Positions 10,006-19,960 of a stretch of 64,000 nt of DNA are shown here, piece after piece. Location: positions 1-64,000 of IMG/VR virus record IMGVR_UViG_3300020042_011666, one strand, 5' to 3'. Positions within the stretch are counted from its first letter, which is position 1, and every line of letters begins with the position of its first letter. Origin of the DNA: a virus. The translations under genes and the position numbers were made by a program. Below the pieces are notes generated by a model. The model was not told the DNA's origin. It worked only from the letters and a program-made list of their open reading frames with translations, and did no database searches.

Positions 10006-11231
10006 TACTTACCGATGATCTCAAATTTAGGACAAGGTACAATAAATTTACCACCTTCATTTAAGAAATCTTGCTCTCTTGAAACAAACTCACTAATAAA
10101 ATGCCAAGGAAGTACTAACAAGTAATCAGGCTTAGCTGCTCTCATCTCGTCTTCTGAAATGATTGGAATGTCTGTTCCAATTGTCTTTAATCCAAACTTA
10201 TAAGGACTGCGTTCGGCAATAGCTGTAATCAAAGTATGATCTAATTCAAAGTACTGAAGTAAGGTATTTCCTTTTGTTGATGCCCCATACCCATAAACAG
10301 TCTTTCCTTTAGCTACTTCTTCTTTGATAAAAGAAACTGTCTGTTTTTTTAATGCATCAATCTGGTTTTGATACTCAGCCCATACCTCCGGAGATTCAAT
10401 ATTAATCTTCTCTTCTAAAGATAGAATAGATTGGATTCGGTAACTGCAAACATCTCTTAGTGGTGAAGTTCCGAACGACGTAGCATCAGCATTATTCTTC
10501 TGTACATAAATACGGAAGCTTCCTCCATTCACATCATTCAATTCACAATCAACAATCTTTAACCCGTGATTAGCAAGGAGGTTCATAACTGTTTTCAATG
10601 AATAGTAGTAGCGATGTTCATGGCAAATATTATCGAATGCAAGCTGTTGAATCATCAACGGAGTATAACTCAATTGCAATACCCAAACTCCATTATCATC
10701 TAAGATCTTTGTAACGTCTTCAACAAAAGGATTCGGATCAGATAAGTCATAAAACATTGCAATAGTTGTAACTACCTTTGCTTTCTTATCTCCATGACCG
10801 GTTCTTTGGTAAGCATCGTAAGAGAAGTAATCTTGAATAACTGTTCCGTGTTTAGAAGATTCTTCATAGAAGGAATCATCACAAGGATCAATCCCCAACT
10901 TAATAAACTCATTAGGAATCTGTTTAAGCATTGTACCATCATTACAGGCAATATCTAACCAAACATCTCCTTCCCTGCACTTCACTCGGGAAGTAACTTC
11001 GTTAACAATATTCCCTAACTCCTTAGTCATGGTAGCATTAATACCGGAACGGTACCAATACTTACCCCACATTGTTTCGTTGGGAGCATCTTCAACCAAT
11101 CTAACAGCACCTGTACTTTCTTCTATCTGCAAGTCTAGGCTGTATTTGTTTCTACCTTCATAGTCTGTTTCACTTTTAATAAAGTCTGAAACGTAGTGTG
11201 AGTTTAATTTTAGTACTGTATTTGTTTTCAT
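10005..11231 (-). CDS. NDP-hexose C-methyltransferase
   Basis: LDIACNDGT, ICHEH, NGGSFR, YGASTKGNTLL, PDYLLVLPWHF. Confidence 0.85.
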   Translation of the reverse strand: MKTNTVLKLNSHYVSDFIKSETDYEGRNKYSLDLQIEESTGAVRLVEDAPNETMWGKYWYRSGINATMTKELGNIVNEVTSRVKCREGDVWLDIACNDGTMLKQIPNEFIKLGIDPCDDSFYEESSKHGTVIQDYFSYDAYQRTGHGDKKAKVVTTIAMFYDLSDPNPFVEDVTKILDDNGVWVLQLSYTPLMIQQLAFDNICHEHRYYYSLKTVMNLLANHGLKIVDCELNDVNGGSFRIYVQKNNADATSFGTSPLRDVCSYRIQSILSLEEKINIESPEVWAEYQNQIDALKKQTVSFIKEEVAKGKTVYGYGASTKGNTLLQYFELDHTLITAIAERSPYKFGLKTIGTDIPIISEDEMRAAKPDYLLVLPWHFISEFVSREQDFLNEGGKFIVPCPKFEIIGK

Positions 11232-12184
11232 TTGTTTAAATCGTGATTAACCATTCTTGTAATCATTTCTTCGAATGAGGTTTTGGGGGCCCATCCTAAA
11301 TGATTGTTTATTTTGCTGTAGTCTCCTTTTAAATCTTGGATGTCGTTATTACGGACAAACTTTGGATTAATTGTAATATAAGCGTTATAGTCAGTTATTC
11401 CAACTGCTTTGAAAGCAACCTCTAACAAATACCTTAAAGAATGAGACTCGTTGGTTGATATAACAAAGTCCTCAGCTGTATCATTCTGCAACATTAACCA
11501 CATAGCTTCAACGAAATCAGGAGCATACCCCCAGTCTCTTGTAATATCTAAATTACCTAATTCAATATTATTAATTTCTCCTCTAGCTATTCTAGCTATT
11601 CCATTAGTAATTTTTCTAGTAACAAACTCCAATCCTCTTCTTTCAGATTCGTGGTTAAAACTAATTCCGTTGCAAGCAAACAATCCATAAGACTCTCTGT
11701 AGTTCCTAATAATCCATTGTGCATATAACTTAGCTACTCCGTAAGGAGATTTCGGATAAGGAATAGTTTGTTCGTTGGCTGTAGTGTATTTTAAGTTGCC
11801 GAAGATTTCACTTGTACCCGCCTGGTAAAATTTAATATCAGGATTAACTTGTTTGATTGCTTCTAAGAATCTTAGTACACCGACACCATTTACGTTAGCG
11901 GTATATTCTGGAGTAATCCAACTATTTGGTGCAAAAGATACTGCACCAAAGTTATAAATTTCATCTGGGTTAGCTTGGGTGACTGCTTTGTATAGTGATG
12001 CTTGATCATTTATATCAACTTGTAAAAAGTTTATTTTATCCTGAATATTTAGGATGTTATCTTTTTTAGATGTGTTTATATCTCTAGTTGTTCCATAAAC
12101 GGTATAACCTTTCTCCAACAAAAAATCTGCCATGTGGCTTCCAACCATTCCAGTAACTCCTGTTATTAATGCTGTTTTTGTCAT
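11228..12184 (-). CDS. gmd: GDP-mannose 4,6-dehydratase
   Basis: ALITGVTG, PDEIYN, FYQAGTSE, SPYGVAK, FNHES, FVTRKI, LGNL..RDWG. Confidence 0.9.
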   Translation of the reverse strand: MTKTALITGVTGMVGSHMADFLLEKGYTVYGTTRDINTSKKDNILNIQDKINFLQVDINDQASLYKAVTQANPDEIYNFGAVSFAPNSWITPEYTANVNGVGVLRFLEAIKQVNPDIKFYQAGTSEIFGNLKYTTANEQTIPYPKSPYGVAKLYAQWIIRNYRESYGLFACNGISFNHESERRGLEFVTRKITNGIARIARGEINNIELGNLDITRDWGYAPDFVEAMWLMLQNDTAEDFVISTNESHSLRYLLEVAFKAVGITDYNAYITINPKFVRNNDIQDLKGDYSKINNHLGWAPKTSFEEMITRMVNHDLNK

Positions 12185-12798
12185 TAGAGAGTTTGGTAGT
12201 AAGCGTTTTGTTTTTCCTGTCTTTCGATTGTCTTAGGGTGGATCAAAGCTAATTCATCTACTGCAGGTAAGGTAGTGTATTGCTTATACCCAACAATCTT
12301 TTCATGAACTTTATTCTCCCATTTGATCTCTGGGTTGTTCCTATAGATCCTGCTTTGATAATCAGGCCAGTTAACTCTTCCGTTCTGTACTCTCCAACCC
12401 CATTTCTGCATATGTTCCGGGGTGAGACCACTTACGGTATTAATCCTAGGAACATAGTACAGATCAACTTCGGGGTTAGCTTCAAGTATTTGATGAAGGA
12501 GGTCGATGAATTCTTCGGGTAAGTGTTCATCAGCATCGATCTGAAATATGAAATCGCCGGTACAGTGTGATGTTAGTAAGTTCTTCCAGTCTGCAAAATG
12601 TCCTTCAAAGCGGTTGCTTACTAAGCATCCTTCTGATTTAATTGTATCAAGGTAGTTTATTACTTCTTGAGTGCCTTTACTCTGATCGAATAAGATTACT
12701 ATCTCATCTTCTTTGTGTTTGTTAGAAATAAGGAAATCGACTAAACGTTTAATCTCCTCTAATTCATCACAGACTGTAATGGCGTAGCTAACTTTCAT
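12184..12798 (-). CDS. Glycosyltransferase family 2 (copy A)
   Basis: FQIDADE, VHE; paralog of 56995..57621. Confidence 0.85.
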   Translation of the reverse strand: MKVSYAITVCDELEEIKRLVDFLISNKHKEDEIVILFDQSKGTQEVINYLDTIKSEGCLVSNRFEGHFADWKNLLTSHCTGDFIFQIDADEHLPEEFIDLLHQILEANPEVDLYYVPRINTVSGLTPEHMQKWGWRVQNGRVNWPDYQSRIYRNNPEIKWENKVHEKIVGYKQYTTLPAVDELALIHPKTIERQEKQNAYYQTL

Positions 12799-12814
12799 AT
12801 TATTAATATATGAA

Positions 12815-13270
12815 TTAAGCTCCTAAAATGCCAATATATTCTAGAGCATCCATGAAGTCTTTTTCTTCAAAGTACTTAGCTGTAGACATATCCATTCTAA
12901 ATTCGTAATATTCGTTCTTCTTACCTGGTTTAGGGTATTTCTTTTTCTCCTCTTCCTTGACAGGAACTGCCTTAACTCCAGTCCATCTCCATTCACTCTT
13001 ATCTGACCCTTGGGCGAATACCATTCCTTTATCGGGTTGGTTAACCATGTTAGGCATCCAGATCTTTCCTTCTGCATCTTTAAAGAATAGATCTTTGTAA
13101 AGCTCAGGAAGGATTTCTGCCTGTAAAGTAATAAATTCGCTTCCTTCAGTCATAACAGTGTTGGTAATAAACCCACAACCGTAACAAAGGTAGTTAGTAA
13201 CTTCAGGAGAGACTTCCTGAGTGTAGCAAGCATCAGAGCCGCATCTATCACAGATTGTTAAATTGTCCAT
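12815..13270 (-). CDS. Zn-ribbon protein (copy A)
   Basis: CDRC...CYGC; paralog of 57623..58081. Confidence 0.65.
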   Translation of the reverse strand: MDNLTICDRCGSDACYTQEVSPEVTNYLCYGCGFITNTVMTEGSEFITLQAEILPELYKDLFFKDAEGKIWMPNMVNQPDKGMVFAQGSDKSEWRWTGVKAVPVKEEEKKKYPKPGKKNEYYEFRMDMSTAKYFEEKDFMDALEYIGILGA

Positions 13271-13455
13271 TTAGTCTTTTTTTTATAGTCTTCTAAAGCT
13301 TTCAAGGATGCTTTTCTTTGAACTACTTTAGTTTTAGTCACGTAGTTATTCATATACTTACCCAGAAGTCTTTCGTGGGTTAGTTTCTGTACCTCTCTCC
13401 GGGTACGTCTTAGAAGGTATCTAAAGTTTAAGATAATTGTTAGTAAGTCTTTCAT
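13258..13455 (-). CDS. Small basic hypothetical protein (copy A)
   Basis: Near-identical paralog at 58059..58265. Confidence 0.65.
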   Translation of the reverse strand: MKDLLTIILNFRYLLRRTRREVQKLTHERLLGKYMNNYVTKTKVVQRKASLKALEDYKKKTKWTI

Positions 13456-14756
13456 TATAGCTTTTTAAGTTTAGGTAGTTCAATTTTCTTTAACTGAGGT
13501 AGTTGAAGCTTAATTTCCTTTGGGAATTCAGGTATATGCTTGGTTAATAACGTATCTAATCTCTCTTTCATCTTATCATAAGAGAATTCAGTTTTTGACC
13601 TATAAGCCTGTCTCTTTGCTCCGTCAGTATACTTTTTGTAATTCTCAAATACATCCCTCATTTTTGCTCCTAACATACCTGCATCAGGTGAGAACCATTG
13701 AGCACCTTCTAAAATAATTCCCGGTACGTAAGCACTTGGATGAACTGGTTTTAGTTTTCCTGGGATCAAGGTAACGAATTCTGAATCTAAATAATCTAAG
13801 TGTCCGGACCAATCACTAACTAGGATCGGTTTCTTTATTAATGAAAATTCTAATAAAGGTCTTCCAAAGCCTTCACCCTTGGTTAAATTAACCATTGCTT
13901 TTACTTTAGGGTGATTATATAACTGGTTAACCTCTTGATCGGAAAACTCTCCATGAAGTAGGTAGACGTTCGGGATATTAACTGAATTGACAGTCTTTCT
14001 AATTGAGGCAATCCTTTTTAGAATCTCTTCTCTATCCATGTAAGAAGTTCCGCCCATTGAAGTTTTAAGTATCAATGCAGGTTTTTTAGTTTTATTCTTA
14101 AATGTTTCATAGAATGCTTTGATGAGTAACCCAACATTCTTTCTATCCTCTCCAAGGTCTCCTTGCAGCCAATGACCAACAAATAAATAAGCGAAGTCTT
14201 CCTTAATGCTAGAAAGATTAATATCAACTACCTCTTTAGATTCTAAAGGAAGATACTTTGTAATATCTACTCCTTCAAATAAAACCTCTAAAGGCTTTTC
14301 AAGCTTAATAGTACGTATTAACTGATTTGTTTTTTTATCTTTCTCTTCGAAGTTTGATTTCTCTAAAGCCTCTTTTGAAAATGTAGATGATACGAAAGTA
14401 ATATTCATCCTATTCAGTCCTTCAATCCACTCCGGCGCACACATCGTAGTCTCAACTCCGGCCGTAAAGCCGATGTTGTATTTACCCACAGCCTGGAATT
14501 CATTAGGAACTGTTAACTGAGACCAGATTTCTGGCTGACGGGGTAGTTGAGGAGATGTTAAAATATGTTCTTTAAGAAAGCCCCAATCCTCTTTAAAGTC
14601 TTCGATAAAGCCCCAGGGAGTACTTCCCCATCTTTGTGGTAGTATCTTAACATCATACTTGTCGAGTTCGATGATTGCTTTAACTAAGTCTCTTGATCTT
14701 GATCCATACCCGGAATAGGTATCTATCGGGCAACTAATTACGTATAACGGCTTCAT
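13455..14756 (-). CDS. Glycosyltransferase family 4 (GT-B), copy A2
   Basis: SGYG, RKNV, KGEGFGRPLLE. Confidence 0.85.
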   Translation of the reverse strand: MKPLYVISCPIDTYSGYGSRSRDLVKAIIELDKYDVKILPQRWGSTPWGFIEDFKEDWGFLKEHILTSPQLPRQPEIWSQLTVPNEFQAVGKYNIGFTAGVETTMCAPEWIEGLNRMNITFVSSTFSKEALEKSNFEEKDKKTNQLIRTIKLEKPLEVLFEGVDITKYLPLESKEVVDINLSSIKEDFAYLFVGHWLQGDLGEDRKNVGLLIKAFYETFKNKTKKPALILKTSMGGTSYMDREEILKRIASIRKTVNSVNIPNVYLLHGEFSDQEVNQLYNHPKVKAMVNLTKGEGFGRPLLEFSLIKKPILVSDWSGHLDYLDSEFVTLIPGKLKPVHPSAYVPGIILEGAQWFSPDAGMLGAKMRDVFENYKKYTDGAKRQAYRSKTEFSYDKMKERLDTLLTKHIPEFPKEIKLQLPQLKKIELPKLKKL

Positions 14757-16192
14757 TAATATTTTAATTTATGAACTATCTTCTTTTTAGCAACTTCTCC
14801 TGCAAGGATTAATTCGTATTTCTCTCTCGGCTTCCAAGTTTCAAATAGAGTATCCATATGCTTTACAATTCTTTCTCCCATGATTTTAGAAGTGAATCCA
14901 GCCTCCGGGCCTGTAGCCCACTTCCTACCTGCTTTACCTCTCCTCTTTCTCTCTGTATTTCCAAGCAAGTACACCTCCTCAATCATCTGAGCAGCATCTT
15001 CAGCTTCACATCTATCATCCCAGATGTAAGGAGTTGGTACTGAGCCTTGGATTGATCTTGAGACTGGATAGACTGGGAATGCCCACTCTCCATGCTCTCT
15101 ATAAGTACCTCTGTGATTGGATGGGAAATCATAATCAAAGTCCATCCATACTCCATCTTTAACAAATCTCATCTGGTCTTGCATTCCACCGGTAACGTTT
15201 GCAATAATAGGCATACCTACAAGTAGAGCCTCAGTCAAACATAAACCCCATCCCTCATTCGAGGTTAATAGTATGCAAGTATCTGCGAGGTTATACAACC
15301 AGTTCATCCGAGTATGATCGAACATACCTCCTGTGAAATGAACGTTAATATGCTCCTCTGAACAGAATAGTTCAACGACTGCGTTTAAGTCTGTTCCGTG
15401 CTCTTCAACCGGTTGGGTATGCATGAGAAGTAAGCACTTCTTTGCTTTCTCTTTTGGTAATCCGTCCACGAAGTGTCTGAATGCAAGGATTGTATCCGGG
15501 ATCTGCTTCCGGCGAATGTTCCTGGAATTAAATAGAACGACGAAGTCGATCTCCTTTCCTTGTAACATCTGGTTTTTAAACTCCGTAAACTCCTTTGAAC
15601 CTAATACATCTTCAGTTAACGGTTTAAAATTGTCTTCGTTTACTCCGTGAGGTACATACTCAATCATTTTATATTGAGCTTTCTCTCCTAAGACTAGTTT
15701 GTTGATATTAACTGTCTGCTTTGAAATGCCGAACAAAGCATCACACGACTCATAAAACTCTTTATTGTAGAGAGGTGCCGGGTAATCATCCCAGATATTT
15801 AAATACACGATCGGAATATGTTTCCGGATCTCATTCTCCATTTGAAATAACCAAGTCCAATATCTTGGATCGGTAATGATGAAGATTGCATCCGGCTTCT
15901 CCATTTGAATTATCTGACGGATTAGGTCGGGATTTCCGTACCCGTCTGTCGGATAGAGCATCACCGAGGCATCTTGAACGCCGGCCTGCCTGTTAGTATC
16001 CTCGGAGAGATCAAAGCGTTGACCAGCTTCTGGATGCTTAACAGCTCCTCCTAAGTTAACCCAATTAAAGTGGTGAGCTGTATTGATCACAAGCTCCCGA
16101 CCCATGTGAGCGATACCGGAATGAACCCGAATGTCATCGCACATCAATAAAATTTTCTTTCGTTTGTCTTTTCGTATGTAACCGTCTTTCAT
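14756..16192 (-). CDS. Glycosyltransferase family 4 (GT-B), copy A1
   Basis: VPHG, RNIRRKQ, NEGWGLCLTEA, TGGMQDQ. Confidence 0.85.
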   Translation of the reverse strand: MKDGYIRKDKRKKILLMCDDIRVHSGIAHMGRELVINTAHHFNWVNLGGAVKHPEAGQRFDLSEDTNRQAGVQDASVMLYPTDGYGNPDLIRQIIQMEKPDAIFIITDPRYWTWLFQMENEIRKHIPIVYLNIWDDYPAPLYNKEFYESCDALFGISKQTVNINKLVLGEKAQYKMIEYVPHGVNEDNFKPLTEDVLGSKEFTEFKNQMLQGKEIDFVVLFNSRNIRRKQIPDTILAFRHFVDGLPKEKAKKCLLLMHTQPVEEHGTDLNAVVELFCSEEHINVHFTGGMFDHTRMNWLYNLADTCILLTSNEGWGLCLTEALLVGMPIIANVTGGMQDQMRFVKDGVWMDFDYDFPSNHRGTYREHGEWAFPVYPVSRSIQGSVPTPYIWDDRCEAEDAAQMIEEVYLLGNTERKRRGKAGRKWATGPEAGFTSKIMGERIVKHMDTLFETWKPREKYELILAGEVAKKKIVHKLKY

Positions 16193-16203
16193 AATATAAC
16201 TTT

Positions 16204-16232
16204 AAAATAACTAATTAGTGGGAGGAAGGCAA
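16204..16232 (-). promoter_or_regulatory. Bacteroidota-type promoter TTG-N20-TATTTT
   Basis: Motif match upstream of ATG 16192. Confidence 0.5.
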
Positions 16233-16234
16233 GC

Positions 16235-16423
16235 TTATTTCTCTTGATAATCGATAATTGCCTTTCGAAAGTCTTTATCGTTCAAATAAAGGTGAATGCA
16301 TTTATTTACAAGGTTATGCAGAGTGAACCGGTCGCGTACGCACTCTACTTTAAAATCATTGAACTGGTCTTGTTCCACCTTCACGGAGGTTAATACCATT
16401 GTTTTAGTTGTATCTTTTGTCAT
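16235..16423 (-). CDS. Ribbon-helix-helix-like DNA-binding protein (copy A)
   Basis: LTSVKV strand followed by two helices; paralog 61012..61194. Confidence 0.6.
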   Translation of the reverse strand: MTKDTTKTMVLTSVKVEQDQFNDFKVECVRDRFTLHNLVNKCIHLYLNDKDFRKAIIDYQEK

Positions 16424-16473
16424 AAATATATCTTTATAATAAATATATACTGTCCTAAATTCGCGATCTAAAT

Positions 16474-17427
16474 TTATTTAAACTTCGCCCCTGCATGCTC
16501 GCAGTACCGTGGCTGTTCGTAGAACGGACAAAACTTACAAGCACTAGCCGAGGGTGTTCTTGCATACACTCTCTCTTTTATCTCCCCTGTCGGTTCAAAG
16601 CACTCTTTGATGAATCCTTCCATCTTATTAACTGCTTTCTTAGTCTTTATCGGACCTGAAGCCGGGATAAACTCCTGCACTCTCTTCTGAACGAAATCAG
16701 ATTGCTCCCAAAGCTTTCTCTTAACAATAAAGAACTTAATATGAATCTTCTCCGGATTAACTCCGAACTGCTTATTAAAGAAATTCTTATAGAGGATCAA
16801 TTGAGATTGCTTCATCTCGTCTTTCTTATCCTTGTCACCCCAACCCCTGGTTGAAGTCTTGATATCAAAGATATGATACTCGTCCGAAGGTTCATGATAG
16901 AGAACTAAGTCAATAAATCCTTTGAATAATACTCCCGGATGATCTTCAATGGGTTGAATCATTAGAGGAATTTCAACTCCTACTAAGTGCCAGCCCTGCT
17001 TACCGAAGTAAGCTGCTCTATTCTTTCTAAGGTACTTGAGGATGTTGCAGCCGTCTTCGTAAAACTCCTGCAAGTCTTTCGCAGTAACAAAATGCTCTCC
17101 GTCGTTATTCTTCTTCTCGTCTGAGTAATGGAAGATTAATTCTTCGTAAAGTTTATCTTCTAAGTCCATCGCATCGGCTGCTACTCCTGATACTTCATAT
17201 AGGGTTGTTAACCAATCCTGAACCGTTTCATGGAATGCTTTACCAAACACAGTATGAATAGAAGGCTTATAGACTTTGATCTTGTCTTTATAAGTTAGCT
17301 TCCAACGATGAGGACATTGATCGTAGACCTGCATCTGAGAGTAGGAGATGTTCTTCTGAGTCTCTTTGTCGATCTCCAGAAGCTTATGCTCCCGGATGAG
17401 CTTAATTACTTTCGGTAACTTGATCAT
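16474..17427 (-). CDS. Cas4/AddB-like PD-(D/E)xK exonuclease with 4-Cys Fe-S site (copy A)
   Basis: SYSQ...CP, GFIDLV, DIKT, QLILY, CKFCPF...C. Confidence 0.85.
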   Translation of the reverse strand: MIKLPKVIKLIREHKLLEIDKETQKNISYSQMQVYDQCPHRWKLTYKDKIKVYKPSIHTVFGKAFHETVQDWLTTLYEVSGVAADAMDLEDKLYEELIFHYSDEKKNNDGEHFVTAKDLQEFYEDGCNILKYLRKNRAAYFGKQGWHLVGVEIPLMIQPIEDHPGVLFKGFIDLVLYHEPSDEYHIFDIKTSTRGWGDKDKKDEMKQSQLILYKNFFNKQFGVNPEKIHIKFFIVKRKLWEQSDFVQKRVQEFIPASGPIKTKKAVNKMEGFIKECFEPTGEIKERVYARTPSASACKFCPFYEQPRYCEHAGAKFK

Positions 17428-17638
17428 CGATCTCTTGTTTGAGTCTTTCTAAATATAGAATACCGTCCATGAGTTCTTCTTGGGCGTGGTTGATCCATTC
17501 TACTTTACTTAGATCTTTTCTATCGAGAGTGTTGCTGTATTTCTTAAAGCCCATCTCGGCTCTATCAACAAACTTATTCAAGATAGTATCTACTATTGAA
17601 TCAGGAATGAAGTCAGTGTAATTAATCTTCCTGCTCAT
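17402..17638 (-). CDS. Putative all-alpha NTP pyrophosphohydrolase (MazG-like)
   Basis: GFKKY...W..HAQEELMDGILY (EExxD helix). Confidence 0.5.
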   Translation of the reverse strand: MSRKINYTDFIPDSIVDTILNKFVDRAEMGFKKYSNTLDRKDLSKVEWINHAQEELMDGILYLERLKQEIDDQVTESN

Positions 17639-17867
17639 CAGCGTATTCCTCTCTTAAGTCTTTAGGTAAAGTATCTAATAGGATCTTTCCTGTCTTAACG
17701 TCGTAGAATACTGGGATAGGCATTACTGCATCTTCGTCAGTACCTGCTACAAAGCGAGAGATTTTCCTTAGGATCATTCCTTCGGCAAAAACGTGGTTAC
17801 CTTCTGGTGATAATACCGGCTGGGTATTTTTAAGGTCGATGTTGAGTTTTAAGTCTTGTTGTTTCAT
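17622..17867 (-). CDS. Conserved hypothetical protein (copy A)
   Basis: ILRKISRFVAGT..DAVMPIPVFYD; paralog 62576..62818. Confidence 0.7.
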   Translation of the reverse strand: MKQQDLKLNIDLKNTQPVLSPEGNHVFAEGMILRKISRFVAGTDEDAVMPIPVFYDVKTGKILLDTLPKDLREEYADEQED

Positions 17868-18130
17868 AATTCGTAATCTCCGTAAATGGAATATTGTTTT
17901 GGTTGTTCTTCTGGTATTTCTACTTCACTAGTTCTAATTGCAAATAATTTACCCTGGATTGGTTCCAGACGGTAGGCTAAAGGCTTTGAGGTTGCTTTCT
18001 GGTAATAAGCTTCTAAAGCATCAGTTATGCTCTTCCTGATCTCCGTCTCCCCCTCCAAGGTCCATCTGTCCCCCGGCGGTGTTCTCTGTGCTATCAACTG
18101 TAAGCTCTCCTTGATTTCTGTCTTGTTCAT
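17864..18130 (-). CDS. Hypothetical protein
   Basis: C-terminus PKQYSIYGD matches the partial ORF at the right edge (PKTYNIYGE). Confidence 0.65.
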   Translation of the reverse strand: MNKTEIKESLQLIAQRTPPGDRWTLEGETEIRKSITDALEAYYQKATSKPLAYRLEPIQGKLFAIRTSEVEIPEEQPKQYSIYGDYEL

Positions 18131-18329
18131 CTTCTAATGGTTCAACTGTTTGTACTTCATTAACAAAGAAGTATTCGTCTCCGTGTTTGAATACTTTCTC
18201 GGCATGCCATGCCTCTTTTATTTCATTGGCTGATTCGGTAGGGAGAACAGCTCCAGGTCGAAGCTTTAAGATCCTAACAACCTCATACATGTTATCCTGT
18301 ATAAGAACTATTCTCCCCTTACCAACCAT
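18021..18329 (-). CDS. Hypothetical protein
   Basis: IKEAWHAEKVFKHGDEYFF resembles [19 protein letters not shown] of 62822..63019. Confidence 0.55.
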   Translation of the reverse strand: MVGKGRIVLIQDNMYEVVRILKLRPGAVLPTESANEIKEAWHAEKVFKHGDEYFFVNEVQTVEPLEDEQDRNQGELTVDSTENTAGGQMDLGGGDGDQEEHN

Positions 18330-19957
18330 TATCCTAACATTAATTGATTAGACGTATCGTCTATGTTGCTAGAACCGTTCTCTGTAAGTTCATCTGCAAC
18401 TACACATTCAGTCAATAGGATTGTTCCTGCTACTGATGCTGCATTCTCTAGAGCTGTTCTAGTTACTTTGAATGGATCGATGATACCAGCATCTTTTAAG
18501 TTAGTGAGATTCTCTTCTATAAGATTCCAACCTGTCCACTTATCGGGATTAGTACCAATTTGCCCGCTAATATCAGATATCTGTTGGTACTCGTAGCCGG
18601 CATTAGTTAAAATCTTATAGAATGGCATTGTACATGCCATGTATATAATTTGATATCCGGTACTTGTCTCACTGGCAGTCCAGCTAGGCGCACTTCGTAG
18701 TAAAGCAACACCACCGCCAGGAACAATTCCTTCTGCAATAGCAGCTCTTGTAGCATGTAAAGCATCCTCTACTCGGTCTTTCTTCTCTTTCATTTCAAGT
18801 TCTGAATTACCTCCAACGTGTATAATTGATACCCCGCCTGTAAATTTAGCTAGACGCTCTTGAAGCTTCTCCATCTCAAAAGGACTCTTTGCATTATCGA
18901 TCTGAGCTTTCAAGTCTTCAATACGAGAACTAATAGCTTCTACTTCACCTTTACCGTCGATTATAGTAGTAGATTCTTTCTGGATATTAGCCTTGCGTGC
19001 TTCACCTAACCATGCTTTATCTACTCGGCTTAACTTCATTCCTTTCTCAGGAGAGATTACTTGGCCGCCTGTCAAGACTGCAATGTCTTCCATAATAAGC
19101 TTTCTTCTATCACCGAAGTCAGGAGCTTTAACTGCACATACTTTAATAGTACCTCTCATCTTATTTACAATCAAGGTAGCCAAAGCTTCATTATCAATAT
19201 CCTCACAGATGATCAACAATGATTTATTATCAGAGGAAACTGATTCGAGGATAGGAAGTAAATCTTTAGCCTGTGAAAGCTTCCCATCGTAAATTAAAAC
19301 TAAAGGATTGTCTAACACTGAAGACATAGTTGCATTATCAGTAACGAAGTGAGGTGATTTAAATCCTCGATCGAACTGAATGCCTTCAACCGTTTCTAAG
19401 TAGGTATCGCCCGTCCTAGATTCTTCAATAGTAACAATCCCGTCTCTGCCTACTGCAGCTAATGCTGAAGTGATTAGAGAACCTACCTCAGGGTCGTTGT
19501 TTGCGGACACAGAAGCGATCTGGTCTAACTGCCCCTCTGAAGTAATATCTTCAGCGATATTCTCTTTCATATAAGCAATTATTTCTTTAACTGCTTTATC
19601 GATATCGCGTTTAATTTGTACTGCATTACCTCCATTATCTAAGGCTTTTAATCCTTGATTGGTAATGAATTGAGCAAGTAGGGTTGCTGTAGTAGTTCCA
19701 TCACCGGCAATGTTTGCTGTCTTGATAGCTGCTTGTTTAAGCATATCAACGGCGATTGAATGTACTGGGTCTTTCAAAGAGATAATCTTTGCAACCGTAA
19801 CTCCGTCCTTGGTAGAACGAACTTCACCTGTCTCATTTCTATAAACAACATTACGGCCGTTAGGTCCTAAAGTTGCTGTAACTGCATTTGCAATCTTATC
19901 AATTCCTTCTGATAATTTCTTGCGTGCTTGGTTTGAATATTCTATCTGTTTGCTCAT
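18329..19957 (-). CDS. groEL: Chaperonin GroEL
   Basis: TLGPNGRNV, TKDGVTVA, AGDGTTTAT, GIQFDRG, KLQERLAK, EGIVPGGG; no GGM tail. Confidence 0.97.
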   Translation of the reverse strand: MSKQIEYSNQARKKLSEGIDKIANAVTATLGPNGRNVVYRNETGEVRSTKDGVTVAKIISLKDPVHSIAVDMLKQAAIKTANIAGDGTTTATLLAQFITNQGLKALDNGGNAVQIKRDIDKAVKEIIAYMKENIAEDITSEGQLDQIASVSANNDPEVGSLITSALAAVGRDGIVTIEESRTGDTYLETVEGIQFDRGFKSPHFVTDNATMSSVLDNPLVLIYDGKLSQAKDLLPILESVSSDNKSLLIICEDIDNEALATLIVNKMRGTIKVCAVKAPDFGDRRKLIMEDIAVLTGGQVISPEKGMKLSRVDKAWLGEARKANIQKESTTIIDGKGEVEAISSRIEDLKAQIDNAKSPFEMEKLQERLAKFTGGVSIIHVGGNSELEMKEKKDRVEDALHATRAAIAEGIVPGGGVALLRSAPSWTASETSTGYQIIYMACTMPFYKILTNAGYEYQQISDISGQIGTNPDKWTGWNLIEENLTNLKDAGIIDPFKVTRTALENAASVAGTILLTECVVADELTENGSSNIDDTSNQLMLG

Positions 19958-19960
19958 AAC

